Assembly (NCBI GenBank): GCA_964342815.1
Contig: CAYFHS010000014.1
Span: 56,232-111,255 of the forward strand
Length of the DNA stretch: 55,024 bases
Reading direction: 5' to 3'
Source: an uncultured archaeon
GTDB lineage: Archaea; Thermoplasmatota; Penumbrarchaeia; JASLWR01
Position numbers and translations under genes: made by a program. The notes under the pieces were generated by a model. It was not told the DNA's origin. It ran no database searches and worked only from the letters and a program-made list of their open reading frames with translations. This document shows positions 38,208 through 48,899 of this stretch, piece by piece (the stretch's first letter is position 1; each line of letters begins with the position of its first letter).

Positions 38208-41200
38208 ATGACGCCCTTTAAAGGAAAGGAATTTGTGGTATTAGTTTCAGTGCTATTATGCCTCCCGGTTCTCGGTCTTACCGTACAAGATGGTAATGAT
38301 GAATCGTTAAAAAGGACTTGCACCACAAATCCTGTTGTTTGGCCCGATGGGGACCGGTTTCTCGATTCCCAAGAGCGGTCCAGTGTTGATCATGATTGGC
38401 CAGTATTTGGAAAGGATATGGGGCACACTCATTACCAGCCCACGGTAACGAGAGGTATCGGTGATGTAAAAGTAAAATGGGATAGGGATATTGACGTTCT
38501 CTCTTGGGCAACGGTGGTAGGTGATTTTTCAGCCAATATTATCGGTCCTGCACCCACAGGTCGTCAACACGTTGTGTACACTACTGGAAGTTATCTGTAT
38601 GTGGTCGACGGAGCCACAGGAGAAGATATGTGGATTATGAATATAGAGGCTATCAATGAGAGTTCTCTGGGTGATATAGTTAGCGCAGCCCCGGCAATTG
38701 AAGATTTCGATAAGAATGGTAAAATGGAAATCGCCATAGTAACGGACAATAATATACTCGGGGAAGGGGCTCTATATGTTTTTGAACCCAACATCACTTA
38801 CAATGATTCCGCTTATCACTGGAATGAAGAAAATCAAATTCTGGAAAAAAGATTTGAATATCCCTACAATGGAAATACAGGCGAGTCCTCGCCTGTAATA
38901 GGAGATATAAACAATGACGGTCGTGAAGACCTTTTGCTGACAATGGGGATGCACCTCATTGCCCTAGACATATACAATCAAAAGGTTATTTATGATTACG
39001 ATCGGCTGGAGGGAAATCGTGTAAGCCCACCCGTGTTGTTCCCCTATACACCGAATGACCTGCGATCCGTTATCACAAGCCGGGATGGCTCTACATTGAA
39101 CATATACATGGTAGACCATAATGGGAACACTGCATGGAATCGATCGATCCCAATCTCTTCGATACCCTCAAACGGACCTGTGACTTTTCTACCGTCCCCT
39201 GCCGTTGGTGAGATCAATCTGGTCCATGATGGAAATGAAATTGTGATATTGACCCCCTTTGAAAATGGTAATGGATATGTCCGACTATTCTCAAGAGACG
39301 GTGAGGAACTATGGTTATCTCCATTCAAAGCTGAAGGTCAGTTCGATTCGTCTCCGGCACTGGCCGATGTGGACGGTGACCTTCTATCGGAGATCGCTGT
39401 TGTCTCCTGGAGAGCTGCTCTGTTTCCCAACCGCCTCGAATCGCATGCATACCTGCTTGATAACGGTGGTTCAATGATATGGGAATTTATAAAGAACGAG
39501 ACCGCGACAGTCGAGGCAACTGTGGCATCCCCAATATTCACTCATATCAACCTAGACGAGCCTGCCGATATGGTTTTTGCCACAACTAATACTATTATAG
39601 CTATTGATGGTGGCCGAGGTGAAAGTTTGTGGCAGATCGCCCCCCAGAGCGGAGTTATATCTTCCTCACCTGCTGCTGGGGAGTTCGACGATGACAACTT
39701 CCTAGATATTACATTAGAGGGATTCGTATTATCTAACAAGGAAGTAGACCTTACACTAAACAGTACGGATATCACTTTCACCGATACCACGATATATGAT
39801 GGTGTCGAGGTTGGCGTAATCGCCATAATTCACAATTTGGGCGAGGACGAAGCCGGGAAAGTGGAGGTAAGGTTCTACGAAGAGACGAAATTGATTGGAA
39901 ACGATACCTTGGATTCCATCCCCGAGGGGGACTCTAGACAGGCCACCGTAGGATGGATTCCCGGTGAGAAGGGTGAAAAAGAGATCACTATTATCGTGGA
40001 TTTTGACAACAATATCTCTGAAACAGATGAAGAAAACAACAGAGTAAGTGTCACAGTCGATGTCCATGAAGCACTGCCGGACCTGAAGATCATGAAAGTG
40101 GATCTGAAAAGGGGTGATGGGATAATCGTTGATAACGAAAATACGCATATCGTTGCGGGAGAGGATTCTTTAATTAACGTAACAATAGAGAACCCCGGAT
40201 TGAAAAAGGCTGCGGGATGCAATCTCTTTATTAAGGTGGACGATAACGTAATAATCGATCGTAATAACTTGGGCTCCTTTGAGCCAGGACAGATAAGATT
40301 TGCCGAGATAGCCCATCGGTTCGAGGAGGGAGAATCCGGTCTGAACGTTACCGTAGATCCCGACGATATCATTAAAGAAATGAACAATTCCAATAATTAT
40401 TTTAATGAGCTGTTGACGATAATAGATGATGATCCCGGGGAAGCATCATATACCATTGAAGGTTATGTTCACAAGAGCGACCTAACAACCGCCCCCGGTG
40501 CAAGCATAAGAGTGCTGAACGTCGAAACCACCGAAGAACTCATCACAGCATCAGATTCGTCTGGCAGATATTATGTCAACCTCGCCGACCTTGACCATGG
40601 GTATTCCGAAGGTGACGAGATTAAGTTGTTTGCCGCTTTGGGTAACGAAAGTGATATCATTACGATTTTCGCATACTCGGAAGATAAAGGAATCATAAGG
40701 ACAATCATTCTCGAACAAGGAACTTCAAATATTTTCAGTCTGGCATTTCGAGATTCTTCCGATATCACAGTACCCCCGGGGAAATCATCGGTTTTCGTCA
40801 TACACGTAATAAATGAGATAGACGAAAGAAATGTTATAGAATTCGACGAAGTAGAGATTCGAGATAATAACGATACTAAACTCTGGTGGACCGCCGTATT
40901 ATCCGAGGATACCGTATCCCTCGAGGCAAAGACCACTTATGAGATCACATTGCTTGTAGAGGTCCCCGACGATGATAATCTGGTTGGGACGGTGGCAGAG
41001 GTGACAATTGCAGGCAGTCCTGAAAATGAACCCGGTATGAAACAAACCTTGACTGCTGTGCTACGAATCAACGTATCCACTGGTTTTATTCTAACGCCAA
41101 AAGAGACTAACAGATCACTGATGACACCATCGAAGACTACGGAGACATTTTTTCAATACAATATAATTAATTCTGGCGAAATGGAAGATTCATTTGCGGT

Positions 41201-42566
41201 AACGGTAAAAGTGAGTCCGAATCTAGATAAAGAGTACCATCGATATTTCACTCTAGGTGCTGGAGAAATCTCCCTTCGGAACATTACTCTCGAAGTAATG
41301 ACAACAAGTTCTGGCACCTACGAGGTTTCTCTTGAAGTGGTCTCTAACTCTACGGGGATCGAAAAAGAATTATTATTCATTCTACAGGTGGGTAATCCCG
41401 AACTGAGCATTTCAGGGGGAGATATCAACATTGCACCAACGGATCCACAGCTGGATGACGAGATAATAATATCGATATTGGTGTACAATAACGGCACCTT
41501 CGATGCACCCGAATTTCGGGTTAAGCTGGAAGAGTTGAACACTGGAGAAATTGGCGTACTTGAAAAGACAGCTAACCCAATCGATAGAGATACCCAGAGC
41601 CTAATAAATTTCAAAGTCAACTTTACGGCATATGCACTATACGAATTCCAGGTTACTCTGGACCCCACGAGGGAAATATCCGAATCCGATAGGGAAGATA
41701 ATAAAGCCACAAGGGAATTCGACCTTCGGCCCGATCTGGTCATAGAGGAAATATTGCTAGTAGCTTTGCCGGATTCGAACGATAATCTCACATCCGTTGT
41801 TAAGGGTGAAGGGGCCTATTTGAAGGTTGTTCTTTCGAACCGTGGTAACATTGATGTCGTCATTCCCTTCATAATCAAAATATATGATTCCACCTCTTTT
41901 AACGAGAAAGTATATGCCACTCACCTGATAGAAGATGTTATCAGAGTGGGAGAGAGTGAAGAATACTCGATAAAACTCGATTTCCACGAGGCTGAAAGCG
42001 GAGAACGTACCATCGAAATCGAGTTGGATTCCACGGAGAACATCACTGAGTCCGAAGAGGATAACAATCAGATCTCCATAACTATAATGATTGAAGATGA
42101 GGGTGTAGAGACGTCGGCTTCATTAAGCAGCACTGAAAAATTATACATACTCCTAGGTGCAGGTGTTATTTTGATCGTCCTTTTTATATTCGTTAGATGG
42201 CGGAAAAGAATAACTGTTTCATCCCCCGAAGAGGCAAATGAACCGATAATAGTGGAGGCCATTGCTGTTGAGCCCATTGATGAGGAAGTGGAAATACCTG
42301 AAGAGAAAAGGGTCGACCCAAAAAAGAAAAGAAAGAGGTCAATCCAAGAACTGGTTTCACAGCTTGAAAAGACCATAGACGAGGAGGAACCGGAAAAGGA
42401 AAAAGATGAGGATGGAAAATCCATTAACATAAAAGAAGTAGGAAATGGGCCCATCGACCAGGAGTTCTCGGACATTCTGGATATAGATGAAATGGAGGAT
42501 GAAGCTGAGTCAAAGGAGGATTTTATTGATACTCTGCGGGGGGAGATGAGCAGTATGAAGCTGTAG
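38208..42566 (+). CDS. 1452-aa surface protein: FG-GAP/PQQ-like propeller, several CARDB domains, TM, acidic tail
   Basis: SSPVIGDINNDG / SSPALADVDGD repeats; PDL..., I.ETDEENN CARDB motifs repeated four times; C-terminal TM. Confidence 0.85.
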   Translation: MTPFKGKEFVVLVSVLLCLPVLGLTVQDGNDESLKRTCTTNPVVWPDGDRFLDSQERSSVDHDWPVFGKDMGHTHYQPTVTRGIGDVKVKWDRDIDVLSWATVVGDFSANIIGPAPTGRQHVVYTTGSYLYVVDGATGEDMWIMNIEAINESSLGDIVSAAPAIEDFDKNGKMEIAIVTDNNILGEGALYVFEPNITYNDSAYHWNEENQILEKRFEYPYNGNTGESSPVIGDINNDGREDLLLTMGMHLIALDIYNQKVIYDYDRLEGNRVSPPVLFPYTPNDLRSVITSRDGSTLNIYMVDHNGNTAWNRSIPISSIPSNGPVTFLPSPAVGEINLVHDGNEIVILTPFENGNGYVRLFSRDGEELWLSPFKAEGQFDSSPALADVDGDLLSEIAVVSWRAALFPNRLESHAYLLDNGGSMIWEFIKNETATVEATVASPIFTHINLDEPADMVFATTNTIIAIDGGRGESLWQIAPQSGVISSSPAAGEFDDDNFLDITLEGFVLSNKEVDLTLNSTDITFTDTTIYDGVEVGVIAIIHNLGEDEAGKVEVRFYEETKLIGNDTLDSIPEGDSRQATVGWIPGEKGEKEITIIVDFDNNISETDEENNRVSVTVDVHEALPDLKIMKVDLKRGDGIIVDNENTHIVAGEDSLINVTIENPGLKKAAGCNLFIKVDDNVIIDRNNLGSFEPGQIRFAEIAHRFEEGESGLNVTVDPDDIIKEMNNSNNYFNELLTIIDDDPGEASYTIEGYVHKSDLTTAPGASIRVLNVETTEELITASDSSGRYYVNLADLDHGYSEGDEIKLFAALGNESDIITIFAYSEDKGIIRTIILEQGTSNIFSLAFRDSSDITVPPGKSSVFVIHVINEIDERNVIEFDEVEIRDNNDTKLWWTAVLSEDTVSLEAKTTYEITLLVEVPDDDNLVGTVAEVTIAGSPENEPGMKQTLTAVLRINVSTGFILTPKETNRSLMTPSKTTETFFQYNIINSGEMEDSFAVTVKVSPNLDKEYHRYFTLGAGEISLRNITLEVMTTSSGTYEVSLEVVSNSTGIEKELLFILQVGNPELSISGGDINIAPTDPQLDDEIIISILVYNNGTFDAPEFRVKLEELNTGEIGVLEKTANPIDRDTQSLINFKVNFTAYALYEFQVTLDPTREISESDREDNKATREFDLRPDLVIEEILLVALPDSNDNLTSVVKGEGAYLKVVLSNRGNIDVVIPFIIKIYDSTSFNEKVYATHLIEDVIRVGESEEYSIKLDFHEAESGERTIEIELDSTENITESEEDNNQISITIMIEDEGVETSASLSSTEKLYILLGAGVILIVLFIFVRWRKRITVSSPEEANEPIIVEAIAVEPIDEEVEIPEEKRVDPKKKRKRSIQELVSQLEKTIDEEEPEKEKDEDGKSINIKEVGNGPIDQEFSDILDIDEMEDEAESKEDFIDTLRGEMSSMKL

Positions 42567-42698
42567 ATAGATGATTGTTTTGTCGGGAAAAATACGTCGA
42601 TTGAAAAGCAAAAGTTACAAGAATATATAGTTTAATCCATCGATTACAACAATGCGGTCAAAGATTGTCCAGTACCCTCTTTTGCGCCTAATCTTATT

Positions 42699-44156
42699 TT
42701 ATCTAGTTACAGTATTGATCAGCCCCAGTATTCCACCAATAAAAAGGATTATACCTATGATTATACCTACAATCGCCATCTGTCTTCCTTTATATTGAAG
42801 AGGTTCCTTATCGATCTTACGCATGGAAATAGCGTTAAAGTACATCCCTGCTATACCAAATAAGATACCAAAAATCACAATTCCCACAATACTGACAGGA
42901 CGAGGAATGAGTCTGGAGACCACGAAAATAGAAACTGCAATTACGCCTACGATAGACAAAATAAAAGTGATAAGTGCCAAACTATAGATTTTTTGTTGAT
43001 GATCTGGAGATGATGATGGAGATGACGATGAAACAGCAGCGGGCTCATCAACTCTAATAGTTTTCTCAGTCGGGTTTGATAAATGATCCTGTGAAATCGG
43101 TGAAACAGCCGTGGTCTTTTCTGCACTTATGGTTTTCTTCTGCAGAGTCGATATATCAATGGAATCCTGTACGAGGCTCTGAGTAATTTCAGGATATTCT
43201 GCAATAGTTTTTGGACCCGAATCGGGCTGCAGATCCGGAAAACGGATTATTTTCTTTTCACTTATCTCCTTTAACTTGTACAACATTACATCTGTACCCC
43301 AACGATCTTCTTTTCGTTTTTTTAGCGCTCCCATGATCACTTCGTCCAGTTCCTCGGGTACTTCGGGATTTAGTGCACTTGGTTGTTCGGGTTGATCCAT
43401 AAGGACTTTCCCCATACAATCGGCAATGTCCTCCCCTTTAAAAGGATTTTTTCCGGTAACCATCTTGTAAAACATCACACCTATCTGGAAGATATCCGTC
43501 TGCCAATCTACATTACCATACTCTCGTTTATTGAATTGTTCCGGTGCACTGTGGGAAAGTGTTCCTTTAAAATCCCTGGATCCCGTTACAGATTCAGAGG
43601 CCATGAATTTTCCAATACCCCAATCGGTGATTTTCGCCACTCCTCGAGATGTGAAAAGAATGTTCTCCGACTTGATATCCCTGTGAACGGAAGCCATTTT
43701 ATGTGCATATGAAAGACCCTCCAGAACCTGTACCATTATTTGGACAGACTCCCCGACCGTCAGATCATGCTTTTTCATTAACTGTTTAAGACTGCCTCCC
43801 TCCATTAATTCCATAGCCATGTGCGGTACTGGTTCAGTTTTTATACTAAAGAGTTTAACAATATTACGATTTTTTAATCTCATCCAGAGTTCACCCTCAG
43901 ATTTGAAACGGCCGATTACCTTTTCATCCATACTGATCAGGTTACCATCCGTTTTTGGGATCTTCAACGCAAGCTCCTTCCCATGCTCATCAATACCCAT
44001 ATATACATCCGCAAAGCCACCTGAACCAAGAAGATGATAGATTTGATATCCTGGTAGAAGGTCCCGTATGTTATCAGGTGCAGGTTTAGGTGGAGGGGGT
44101 GGAAGGAAGTCTCGGAACGAATCAGATTGTGCAATGGGTGAATTCATGTATTTCAT
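42699..44156 (-). CDS. Hanks-type Ser/Thr protein kinase with C-terminal membrane (DUF4190-like) domain
   Basis: LGSGGFADVY, ALKIP, HRDIKSEN, DWG, APEQ, DIFQIG; C-terminal TMs with KGRQMAIVGIIIG. Confidence 0.9.
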   Translation of the reverse strand: MKYMNSPIAQSDSFRDFLPPPPPKPAPDNIRDLLPGYQIYHLLGSGGFADVYMGIDEHGKELALKIPKTDGNLISMDEKVIGRFKSEGELWMRLKNRNIVKLFSIKTEPVPHMAMELMEGGSLKQLMKKHDLTVGESVQIMVQVLEGLSYAHKMASVHRDIKSENILFTSRGVAKITDWGIGKFMASESVTGSRDFKGTLSHSAPEQFNKREYGNVDWQTDIFQIGVMFYKMVTGKNPFKGEDIADCMGKVLMDQPEQPSALNPEVPEELDEVIMGALKKRKEDRWGTDVMLYKLKEISEKKIIRFPDLQPDSGPKTIAEYPEITQSLVQDSIDISTLQKKTISAEKTTAVSPISQDHLSNPTEKTIRVDEPAAVSSSSPSSSPDHQQKIYSLALITFILSIVGVIAVSIFVVSRLIPRPVSIVGIVIFGILFGIAGMYFNAISMRKIDKEPLQYKGRQMAIVGIIIGIILFIGGILGLINTVTR

Positions 44157-44257
44157 CGTCGGAATTATTCTGTGGATATAAAAACATTATTGAATGAAAG
44201 CTTCTGAAAGGATTTCGCAATTTCCATTCTCCATTTGTTTTGGTTTCTATCCAAAAT

Positions 44258-44356
44258 GTATAACGACCTGCGGGTATACGAAGTTCCGACCAAAGGGAGG
44301 TTATTTGGGCATAGCACGAAGAATATCGTGCGGCGCCGAGAACTCGTTAGTTAGGC
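44258..44356. repeat. attC-like site A (terminal, most degenerate)
   Basis: GTATAAC...GTTAGGC, 99 bp, internal GCACGA-AGAATA-TCGTGC hairpin. Confidence 0.75.
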
Positions 44357-44574
44357 GAGGGTGAAGTCCTCCCACAAGCGCAGAGTGGGGTACGTGGGTG
44401 TTGAATTTCCAATATCCTCTCTTTTTTTTCAGATTTTTTATCTGTCATCCGCTTCTATATCTTCCACTCGACTATGAAACATTCGAAGTTGGACAAAGGT
44501 TAATAATATCCCCTCCAATCAATTAATTAACTTGGCCATTCGTGGTATAATAATATACGTTCCAGAATCAGTCT

Positions 44575-45024
44575 TTAGTTTCGATCAACACTGGATAAAA
44601 TCTCCAGATCGGCCTCGTCCTGTTTCCGCGTTGATGCCTGTTTATTTTTAACCAATTCCCGTATCCCAATAAAATAAACCTTCTCGTTTCCATAAATTCC
44701 GAGCTTTTTACCATTCCATACCTCTTTAAACATGCAACCATCAATTGAAGTAAGAATGTCCACTCTTACCGGTTCATATCCCAGCTGAACAATTTTACCA
44801 ATTTGGCTAAAATCCTCCTCCGATAGATTCAAGCATTCAAATCCAAATTCGTTGAGGGCTTCCACAATACCCTTTCCGTTTTCAATACTTGGTTCTACGA
44901 AGATGGTCATATCTTTTGTATATCGGGGGATGGCATGAAAGGCAACTGCATAGGCACCAATAATACAGTATTTTACATCATATTTATTGAATAACCTTAA
45001 CAACTCTTCGAAGTCCTTTTCCAC
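44575..45024 (-). CDS. nucleotidyltransferase-fold protein (cassette 1)
   Basis: IIGAYAVAFHAIPRYTKD, VDILTSIDG, NKQASTRKQDEADLE. Confidence 0.8.
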   Translation of the reverse strand: MEKDFEELLRLFNKYDVKYCIIGAYAVAFHAIPRYTKDMTIFVEPSIENGKGIVEALNEFGFECLNLSEEDFSQIGKIVQLGYEPVRVDILTSIDGCMFKEVWNGKKLGIYGNEKVYFIGIRELVKNKQASTRKQDEADLEILSSVDRN

Positions 45025-45181
45025 TCTCGCTTTTATCCCCCTTTTTCATTTTATCATATGATTCTCTTAAAAACTGAAACGTATCTAATCTCATTGTCTT
45101 ACCCATAAATAAATAATAATCCTGATCAAATCTTTTAGCGGCTTCAAATGTGTCTGTCTTATGTATCCAAATTTTTGCCAT
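44984..45181 (-). CDS. small partner protein upstream of the nucleotidyltransferase (TA-like pair)
   Basis: 65 aa overlapping the NT start; FE.A...D..YY....RL....FLR...LRRV.KV pattern typical of such partner genes. Confidence 0.65.
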   Translation of the reverse strand: MAKIWIHKTDTFEAAKRFDQDYYLFMGKTMRLDTFQFLRESYDKMKKGDKSESGKGLRRVVKVIQ

Positions 45182-45624
45182 TTTGCTTGAAACCCCCGCT
45201 TTATTTCTATAAACTCTTTTTCAATCGGAAGCGATTTTTCTATCACTACGGCATTTCTGAAAGTCACACAATGCCCCAATCACCTCTAAATCAAAATCTA
45301 CTAATCTCCTCACTTATCACCTGTTGGATTTATCTTCTGTTTTTGCATATTTGTGTTGCATTCCTTCATTGAAGTACGCAGATAAATATTTTTTCTGTGA
45401 TTGTACAAAAATAATCTTCCACATTTCGCAATCATAGGAAAATTATTCACCAAGCGAGCATCAATACTCGTCTTTTCAAGTAACATGTTTGCATGATGAG
45501 TTTCATAGTCGATTAAATTGAACACACTATTCATTCCTAAGAAGCAGATACAGCTTTACATTCCCATTATAGGATATGGGAAATTCAACTTTGGTGGGAC
45601 GGTGTGGGGCGAGTGCCACATTTC

Positions 45625-45747
45625 GCCTAACGTCTTGCCAATTTCCGAACTTCCGATGGGGGGAACAACACCTATGAGATCGCCATTGGTGGGGTGGGAA
45701 GTTGCAGCGGAGCCGACAAGCGAGAGCCTGAAACTCGTTAGTTATAC
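45625..45747. repeat. attC-like site B
   Basis: GCCTAAC...GTTATAC, 123 bp, GAACTTCC/GGAAGTT inner stem. Confidence 0.85.
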
Positions 45748-46328
45748 GAGCCCGCTAGGGCCAAGAATTTGCGGGTGGTTTCGGGGGTTATTTAAGGGAA
45801 AATTCGCAGTTATCGGAGTCGACCGAAAACGCCTTTAGTGCATAGTTTTTTCCGTTTTGAATAAACGGAGAAGATTTCACATATCGACCGTTATGTGAAA
45901 CCCCATGTTTCATCGTTCCTTCCTCTCCTTGTTGGTCCGATATACGAAACACCAAATGGCGAATTTTTCGGTCTTGCCCTACGGTAGTAAAAAATCCCCT
46001 GTGAGCGTATTTTTCTACATGAAGAAAGGAATGAGGAAAATTCGATTAACGTGATCTCATCGTGTTATACTGCCTCGTTACAAGGCGAGGCATGGATTTA
46101 TAAAACGAAGTGGAAGAAATCCGCAATGTTTAAATGAACTTTTTGTATTTTGGGGGAAGTATAGGGACTTATTTATACTTCTTTGATTCTCAAAACTTGA
46201 CTGACTTTTCCTTGATTGAAATCCTTATCTTCCCATAATGGTTTGCTCATTGGCTACAACTCTGGCTCATTATCTTATCCATCAAGCATAATTTGTATTC
46301 CAAACGCAATTATAATAGGAAGAGTTAT

Positions 46329-46357
46329 TTACTACTTAGTAAATTACTACACAGTAA
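46329..46357 (+). promoter_or_regulatory. tandem palindromic operator TTACT-N4-AGTAA x2
   Basis: TTACTACTTAGTAA 46329-46342 and TTACTACACAGTAA 46344-46357 directly before ATG 46360. Confidence 0.6.
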
Positions 46358-46359
46358 AT

Positions 46360-47730
46360 ATGTTTTCAGACAGAAAAGTTGAGCTAAAAGCACTCAAGGA
46401 CTATTACAAGATGGCTTCCAAAAGAAGTCAATTACTGGTGATTTACGGCAGGCGGCGCGTGGGTAAGACTACACTTGTAAAGGAGTTTTTAAAGGAGGTC
46501 AAAGGAGTTTACATTTTCATTGAGCCAAAGAGCGAAGAACTAATCTTGAAGGATTGTGAGGATGTATTTGGGAAAATAATAGGACGCACCCCTCGTTTAG
46601 ATTCCTGGGAAACACTATTTAATGTGGCCCTATCTGAAAAACTGACGCTCGTACTTGACGAGTTTCAGAACCTGGGTGTGGTAAATCCTCACCTTTTCTC
46701 AAAAATCCAAAAGATATGGGATGAGATTGGGTCTGAACCAGGTTTGCTTTTTATCACAATCGGATCTTATGTAGGTATGATAAAGAAAATATTCAGGGAT
46801 GGAAAACAACCGCTTTTTGGTAGGGCATCAGGAATGATGAGGTTAGACCCATTTGATATTTTCGCCACAACCGAATTCCTAATGAGCGAAGGAATGAGTT
46901 TTGAACAATGTTTAAGGGGATATGCTATAGTCGGTGGCGTACCCCGATATTTAGTTGAACTTGGGCTTAAAGGCGACAATATCGAGAGACTTTTTTTTGA
47001 TTCGACATCACCATTGAGGGAAGAGGGTATTAATATTCTCGCTTTAGAATTCGGTTCACGACACAAGGGATATTTTTCAGTACTTGAAAGTGTGAGTAAA
47101 GGTAAGTCCACTCCAAAAGAGATTGCCGATTATGCCGGAATGAAAATTGCAACAGTATCAAAATATCTTGGAGAACTCTCAGATGAATATGAGATGGTAA
47201 TGGCCGAACGTCCCGTGACCACAACAAAGAAACGATTCGTTAGATATCGTATTAAGGACAATTTCTTCGATTTCTGGTTTAGGTACGTGTACTCAAAAGC
47301 CTCCTTAATTGAAATCGATCCAGAGGGGGTATTAGTTGATACACTGAAACAATTACCTCAGTACATCTCTATAAAGATGGAATATGTAATAAAAAATATT
47401 ATCATTAAGAAGAAGCCAATCTTTCCGCCAACAGCTATAGGCCGATGGTGGGACCGGAAAGGAGAGGAAATTGATGTTGTTGCAATCGATGAGAAGAGCT
47501 CTAGAATACTATTCGTTGAGATAAAATGGCGAAAAAAATCGGTAGGCTGGAATCTTGTCGAAGAACTGAAACGTAAATCACAACTGGTCCAGTGGAGAAG
47601 ATACAATAGGAAAGAAACACTATTATTCGTATCGAAACAAGGTTTCACAAAAAGTTGTCTTAAAAGAATGGATTCCGAAGGAATACTTCACTGGGATCTT
47701 AAGGATGTGGAAAAGCTAATACTGAGTTAG
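46360..47730 (+). CDS. archaeal-type AAA ATPase + wHTH + DUF234/PD-(D/E)XK nuclease domain (cassette 2, inverted)
   Basis: F.DR..EL, YGRRRVGKT, LDEFQNL, GGVPRYL, DNFFDFWFRY, EIDVV..ILFVEIKW. Confidence 0.9.
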   Translation: MFSDRKVELKALKDYYKMASKRSQLLVIYGRRRVGKTTLVKEFLKEVKGVYIFIEPKSEELILKDCEDVFGKIIGRTPRLDSWETLFNVALSEKLTLVLDEFQNLGVVNPHLFSKIQKIWDEIGSEPGLLFITIGSYVGMIKKIFRDGKQPLFGRASGMMRLDPFDIFATTEFLMSEGMSFEQCLRGYAIVGGVPRYLVELGLKGDNIERLFFDSTSPLREEGINILALEFGSRHKGYFSVLESVSKGKSTPKEIADYAGMKIATVSKYLGELSDEYEMVMAERPVTTTKKRFVRYRIKDNFFDFWFRYVYSKASLIEIDPEGVLVDTLKQLPQYISIKMEYVIKNIIIKKKPIFPPTAIGRWWDRKGEEIDVVAIDEKSSRILFVEIKWRKKSVGWNLVEELKRKSQLVQWRRYNRKETLLFVSKQGFTKSCLKRMDSEGILHWDLKDVEKLILS

Positions 47731-47873
47731 AACTTCAAGTTAATCAGTGTTATGTGTTGTTTTTCTTTATGCTCTACGGGGTGGGGTTGAAGAAAAAAAG
47801 TTCATTTTATTTACACGTTAATCGAAGTTCACAGGGGATTTTGCGTTAAACTGTAGGGCGATTCCGATATTTC

Positions 47874-47974
47874 GTATAACGACTGGCAGGTTCACGAAGT
47901 TTTCGACCGAAGGGAGAGAATTTGGGCGGAGCACGAAGGAATATCGTGTGTAGCCTTGAACCTGTTAGTTATAC
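47874..47974. repeat. attC-like site C
   Basis: GTATAAC-GAC-TGGCAGGTTCA...TGAACCTGTTA-GTTATAC, 101 bp. Confidence 0.88.
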
Positions 47975-48400
47975 GTGTCCGAAAGGACCGAGCACCGCAG
48001 ACCCGGAGGGTCGAGGAGCGCAGAGTATCAGAATCGTTCGGGATTCAGTTCTGACCGTCTTTTTTCCAGCTGGCGATGTCAACGGAAAAAGTTTGGCTTC
48101 TGCCGTGAACAGAGGGTTATGCGAGGTTATGGAAACGCAGATTTCCGTAATTTCTACTCTTTCCCTTTTTTTTTCCTATTCACGAAATGTCAGCACGTTA
48201 AGAATCCCGAATGGAAATGTTGTGGATTGAGGAAAATGGTGTATGGTGGAGGCCCGAAGAACCGGAGCCCATGCCGACTGGAGAGAGGCAGCATATTTTG
48301 ATAATTTCACCTCAATCCGACATTTCCACATGGAGAGTTTTTTCATCGACAAGAGGGGCGTCAGTCCCTTCTTGGACATATAGTAATAATGTTGATCGCC

Positions 48401-48658
48401 CTAAAGTTCTTTTTCATAGATATTCTTCCGATGCCCTATTGCCACTATCCAAAGTTGCTCTCTTTCTCTTCTCCAATCAATTATTGCCCTATAATCACCA
48501 ATACGCAGACTGAAATAGATAGAGCCTTTTAGGGGTTTTAAAAAGTGATCGGGCCACTCCTTCATTGTTTTCATTTTGGCGACAATCCGTTTTCGGATTT
48601 CTTTATCCAAATTTGAGAATTGGCCCAAAGCCGGATCTGTGAAGAGTACCTCAGTCAT
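48401..48658 (-). CDS. RelE/ParE-family toxin (cassette 3)
   Basis: LDKEIRKRI..K, LKG..YFSLRIGDYRAI, AIGHRKNIY; start overlaps the antitoxin stop (ATGACTGA). Confidence 0.9.
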   Translation of the reverse strand: MTEVLFTDPALGQFSNLDKEIRKRIVAKMKTMKEWPDHFLKPLKGSIYFSLRIGDYRAIIDWRREREQLWIVAIGHRKNIYEKEL

Positions 48659-48890
48659 AGAGGTCCTTCTCCACTTCTTCCAACGTTTTTCCTTTTCCAC
48701 TTTTTACCTGCTGTTTTCCAGCTTCTATCACTTTCAATGTTTCCTTGGACAATCGACTTTCATCTTCGATAAGATGTCGGATTGCATCGCGTACCATCTC
48801 ACTTTTGTTCATGTAGTAAGGGTGTATATCAAGGAAATCGTTGATTTTGGTTTCCATCCCTTCAGATATCTTGACATTGATCGAAGTCAT
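48651..48890 (-). CDS. ribbon-helix-helix antitoxin (cassette 3)
   Basis: TSINVKIS, YMNKSEMVRDAIRHL RHH motif; upstream of and overlapping the toxin. Confidence 0.88.
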   Translation of the reverse strand: MTSINVKISEGMETKINDFLDIHPYYMNKSEMVRDAIRHLIEDESRLSKETLKVIEAGKQQVKSGKGKTLEEVEKDLYD

Positions 48891-48899
48891 TTTATCACC

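Noticed and set aside
2036-44037. Numerous short antisense or overlapping ORFs in the track (e.g. 2294, 8519, 20680, 30992, 39875, 41318)
   Set aside because: They overlap well-supported genes or structured spacers on the opposite strand or frame and have no protein-like motifs.
45310-45534. 74-aa ORF in cassette 1
   Set aside because: No recognisable motif or clear SD; may be a gene fragment but cannot be supported.
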